Shown: positions 61,305-64,000 of the stretch, in pieces | Numbering within the stretch: the stretch's first letter is position 1 | Layout of the letters: every line of letters begins with the position of its first letter | Assembly: GCA_965197385.1 (NCBI GenBank) | Contig: CBDANA010000006.1 | Coordinates: 69,013 to 133,012 of the forward strand | Source of the DNA: Vicinamibacterales bacterium | GTDB taxonomy: Bacteria; Acidobacteriota; Vicinamibacteria; Vicinamibacterales; UBA823 | Direction: 5' to 3' | DNA: 64,000 bases | Notes under the pieces: generated by a model | Database searches by the model: none | Seen by the model: only the letters and a program-made list of their open reading frames with translations | What the model was told of the DNA's origin: nothing | Made by a program: the position numbers and the translations under genes

Positions 61305-61519
61305 GCCACACCAAACGCGGCGAACACCCAGCCCATCAGGGCGTTGAGCAACAAGTCGATCCCCCACAGGTACACCCCGAAGAAGATCGACGTCAGAATG
61401 ACGATGAATGTCGTCGCGTACACTTCCTTCTTCGACGGCCAGGTCACGCGCTCTAACTCGTTGCGTACCTGGGTCAGAAATGTCCGCGACTGATCCCACC
61501 ATCCCAGAACACCGCTCAT
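61301..61519 (-). CDS. secE: Preprotein translocase subunit SecE
   Basis: [55 protein letters not shown], 72 aa with a single TM. The longer track ORF would overlap tRNA-Trp. Confidence 0.85.
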
Positions 61520-61576
61520 CGTGCTGTCTCGCTCGCCACCCGCCGCGTCTGGCGCGATCCGCGCCTGCGACGCGAT

Positions 61577-61652
61577 TGGCAGGCCAGGAGGGACTTGAAC
61601 CCCCAACCCCCGGTTTTGGAGACCGGTGCTCTGCCAGTTGAGCTACTGGCCT
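61577..61652 (-). tRNA. tRNA-Trp (anticodon CCA)
   Basis: Minus strand AGGCCAGTAGCTCAACTGGCAGAGCACCGGTCTCCAAAACCGGGGGTTGGGGGTTCAAGTCCCTCCTGGCCTGCCA. It forms a cloverleaf with a 7-bp acceptor stem and encoded CCA. Confidence 0.9.
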
Positions 61653-61666
61653 GCAACTCAGTCGAC

Positions 61667-61816
61667 CTACTTCGTCTCCCGATGTGTCGTGTGCGTCCGG
61701 CACCATCGGCAGAACTTCTTCATCTCCAGACGCCCTGAGGTCGTCCTCTTGTTCTTCGTCGTGCTGTAGTTACGCCGCTTGCACTCGGTGCAGGCCAGCG
61801 AAACGATGGCGCGCAT
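61667..61816 (-). CDS. rpmG: 50S ribosomal protein L33
   Basis: Hand translation gives [49 protein letters not shown]-stop. It is too short for the ORF track. Confidence 0.9.
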   Translation of the reverse strand: MRAIVSLACTECKRRNYSTTKNKRTTSGRLEMKKFCRWCRTHTTHRETK

Positions 61817-61851
61817 GACTGAATCCCCGTACCCGCCCGACTAGCGTCCGC

Positions 61852-63038
<1,187 letters not shown>

Positions 63039-63108
63039 GTCGTCCCTCTCCTCCACGCCTCAACCGACCCGGCGCCGCCGCGATCGGCGCGGCGCCGATC
63101 CCAAATGC

Positions 63109-63184
<76 letters not shown>

Positions 63185-63230
63185 CACGAATTCGCCGCCG
63201 ACGCCGGCCGTGGCACAGCGGCCACCGCCT

Positions 63231-63305
63231 TGGAGCGGGAGACGGGGATCGAACCCGCGACCAACAGCTTGGAAGGCTGTGACTCTACCACTGAGTTACT
63301 CCCGC
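63231..63305 (-). tRNA. tRNA-Gly (anticodon UCC)
   Basis: Minus strand GCGGGAGTAACTCAGTGGTAGAGTCACAGCCTTCCAAGCTGTTGGTCGCGGGTTCGATCCCCGTCTCCCGCTCCA. Confidence 0.9.
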
Positions 63306-63323
63306 GAACTGTGCTCCCGTTCC

Positions 63324-63347
63324 CATCCGTCATCCGTCATCCGTCAG
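63324..63347 (-). repeat. Heptamer tandem repeat (plus strand CATCCGT x3 + CAG; minus strand TGACGGA x3)
   Basis: Read directly. It lies in the spacer between tRNA-Tyr and tRNA-Gly. Confidence 0.9.
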
Positions 63348-63384
63348 AGGGTGCGACTGTCCGACGGCCCAGGACGGCTCACCT

Positions 63385-63471
63385 TGGTGGCGAGGGGAGG
63401 ATTCGAACCTCCGAAGCCGCTGGGGCGACAGATTTACAGTCTGTTGCGTTTGACCGCTCCGCAACCTCGCC
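63385..63471 (-). tRNA. tRNA-Tyr (anticodon GUA, long variable arm)
   Basis: Minus strand GGCGAGGTTGCGGAGCGGTCAAACGCAACAGACTGTAAATCTGTCGCCCCAGCGGCTTCGGAGGTTCGAATCCTCCCCTCGCCACCA. Confidence 0.9.
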
Positions 63472-63608
63472 AAACTCTCCGTCGTCGCTCGGCGAACCGC
63501 CCGCTACCCCAGCCACCGGCGGGCACGCGGGCTCGGGTAGTGTTCGCTAAACGTCATGACTCGAAAATGTGTGATGCGGTGGAAAGCGCTGCCTACCGTC
63601 TGAGCCCT

Positions 63609-63686
63609 TGGGAGCTGGCGAAGGGATTTGAACCCCCGACCGGCTGATTACAAATCAGCTGCTCTACCGGACTGAGCTACGCCAGC
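63609..63686 (-). tRNA. tRNA-Thr (anticodon UGU)
   Basis: Minus strand GCTGGCGTAGCTCAGTCCGGTAGAGCAGCTGATTTGTAATCAGCCGGTCGGGGGTTCAAATCCCTTCGCCAGCTCCA. The ends are good to within 1-2 nt. Confidence 0.85.
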
Positions 63687-63700
63687 CAAACAAAACGGGC

Positions 63701-63729
63701 ATTCTAGCACGTCCCGTGCCATCCCGCAA
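63701..63729 (-). promoter_or_regulatory. Sigma70-type promoter of the tRNA-tuf operon
   Basis: On the minus strand: TTGCGG (63729-63724), 17-nt spacer, TAGAAT (63706-63701). It ends 14 nt upstream of the tRNA-Thr(UGU) 5' end. Confidence 0.6.
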
Positions 63730-63769
63730 CAGTGGACCTTTACCAGATCGAGCCAGTATCGTTACATCG

Positions 63770-64000
63770 CTACGTCGTTCCAGCACCCTCCGGCGGGCGG
63801 GCGGCGCGCTGGCGAACGGCCTCGAACAGGACGATTCCGGCCGCCACCGACACATTCAGGCTCGACACCTGGCCGGCCATCGGAATGGACACGAGCCAAT
63901 CACACCGCGCTCGCACCAGTCGCCGCAGTCCCTTGCCTTCCGCCCCCAGGACCAGCGCGGTCGGCAAGGTCAGGTTGACGTCGTCGTACTGCTGCGGGGC
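63770..64000 (-). CDS. SpoU/TrmH-family RNA 2'-O-methyltransferase (RlmB-like), C-terminal fragment (N-terminus beyond the right edge)
   Basis: ...[61 protein letters not shown] has the SPOUT knot motifs. The frame stays open to position 64000. Confidence 0.75.
   Translation of the reverse strand, partial: APQQYDDVNLTLPTALVLGAEGKGLRRLVRARCDWLVSIPMAGQVSSLNVSVAAGIVLFEAVRQRAARPPEGAGTT

Overview
High-GC (about two-thirds G+C) bacterial chromosomal segment. The pilin, OmpA and TPR styles suggest an Acidobacteriota-like organism, which is inference only.

Layout:
- 28.6-64 kb is the conserved transcription/translation supercluster, all on the minus strand. In transcription order: a tRNA operon (Thr-UGU, Tyr, Gly, Thr-GGU), a tufB-like copy, rpmG, tRNA-Trp, secE-nusG, rplKAJL, rpoBC, rpsLG-fusA-tuf, then the S10, spc and alpha operons ending at rplQ.
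- 0-28.6 kb holds smc (partial), ctpA, tatAC, an IS30-family element, an OmpA-like gene, DUF192, proS and aroB.
- It also holds a type IV pilus neighbourhood: a sigma54 response regulator, a sensor-kinase remnant, a TPR gene, pilD, an ABC transporter, a VKOR-DsbA fusion, pilA and pilB. This is followed by an IS1595-family element, pdaD and an EF-G paralog.
- I see no rRNA, CRISPR array or recognisable defence or toxin system.

Most notable observations:
1. A family of about 160-190 bp structured intergenic repeats with a conserved core, a covarying hairpin and interchangeable outer stems. There are six long copies plus arm-only fragments.
2. Recurrent triple heptanucleotide tandem repeats in spacers, most carrying TGA phased every 7 nt, which gives stops in all three frames.
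3. At least 10 frame-disrupting lesions, all in dispensable or redundant genes (pilB, the sigma54 regulator, the kinase remnant, TPR, DUF192, the IS1595 transposase, the second tuf copy). The other coding sequence I checked, about 47 kb, appears intact.
4. An eight-cysteine insertion in the N-terminal part of RpoB.

All calls come from reading the sequence and the ORF track. No database search was run.
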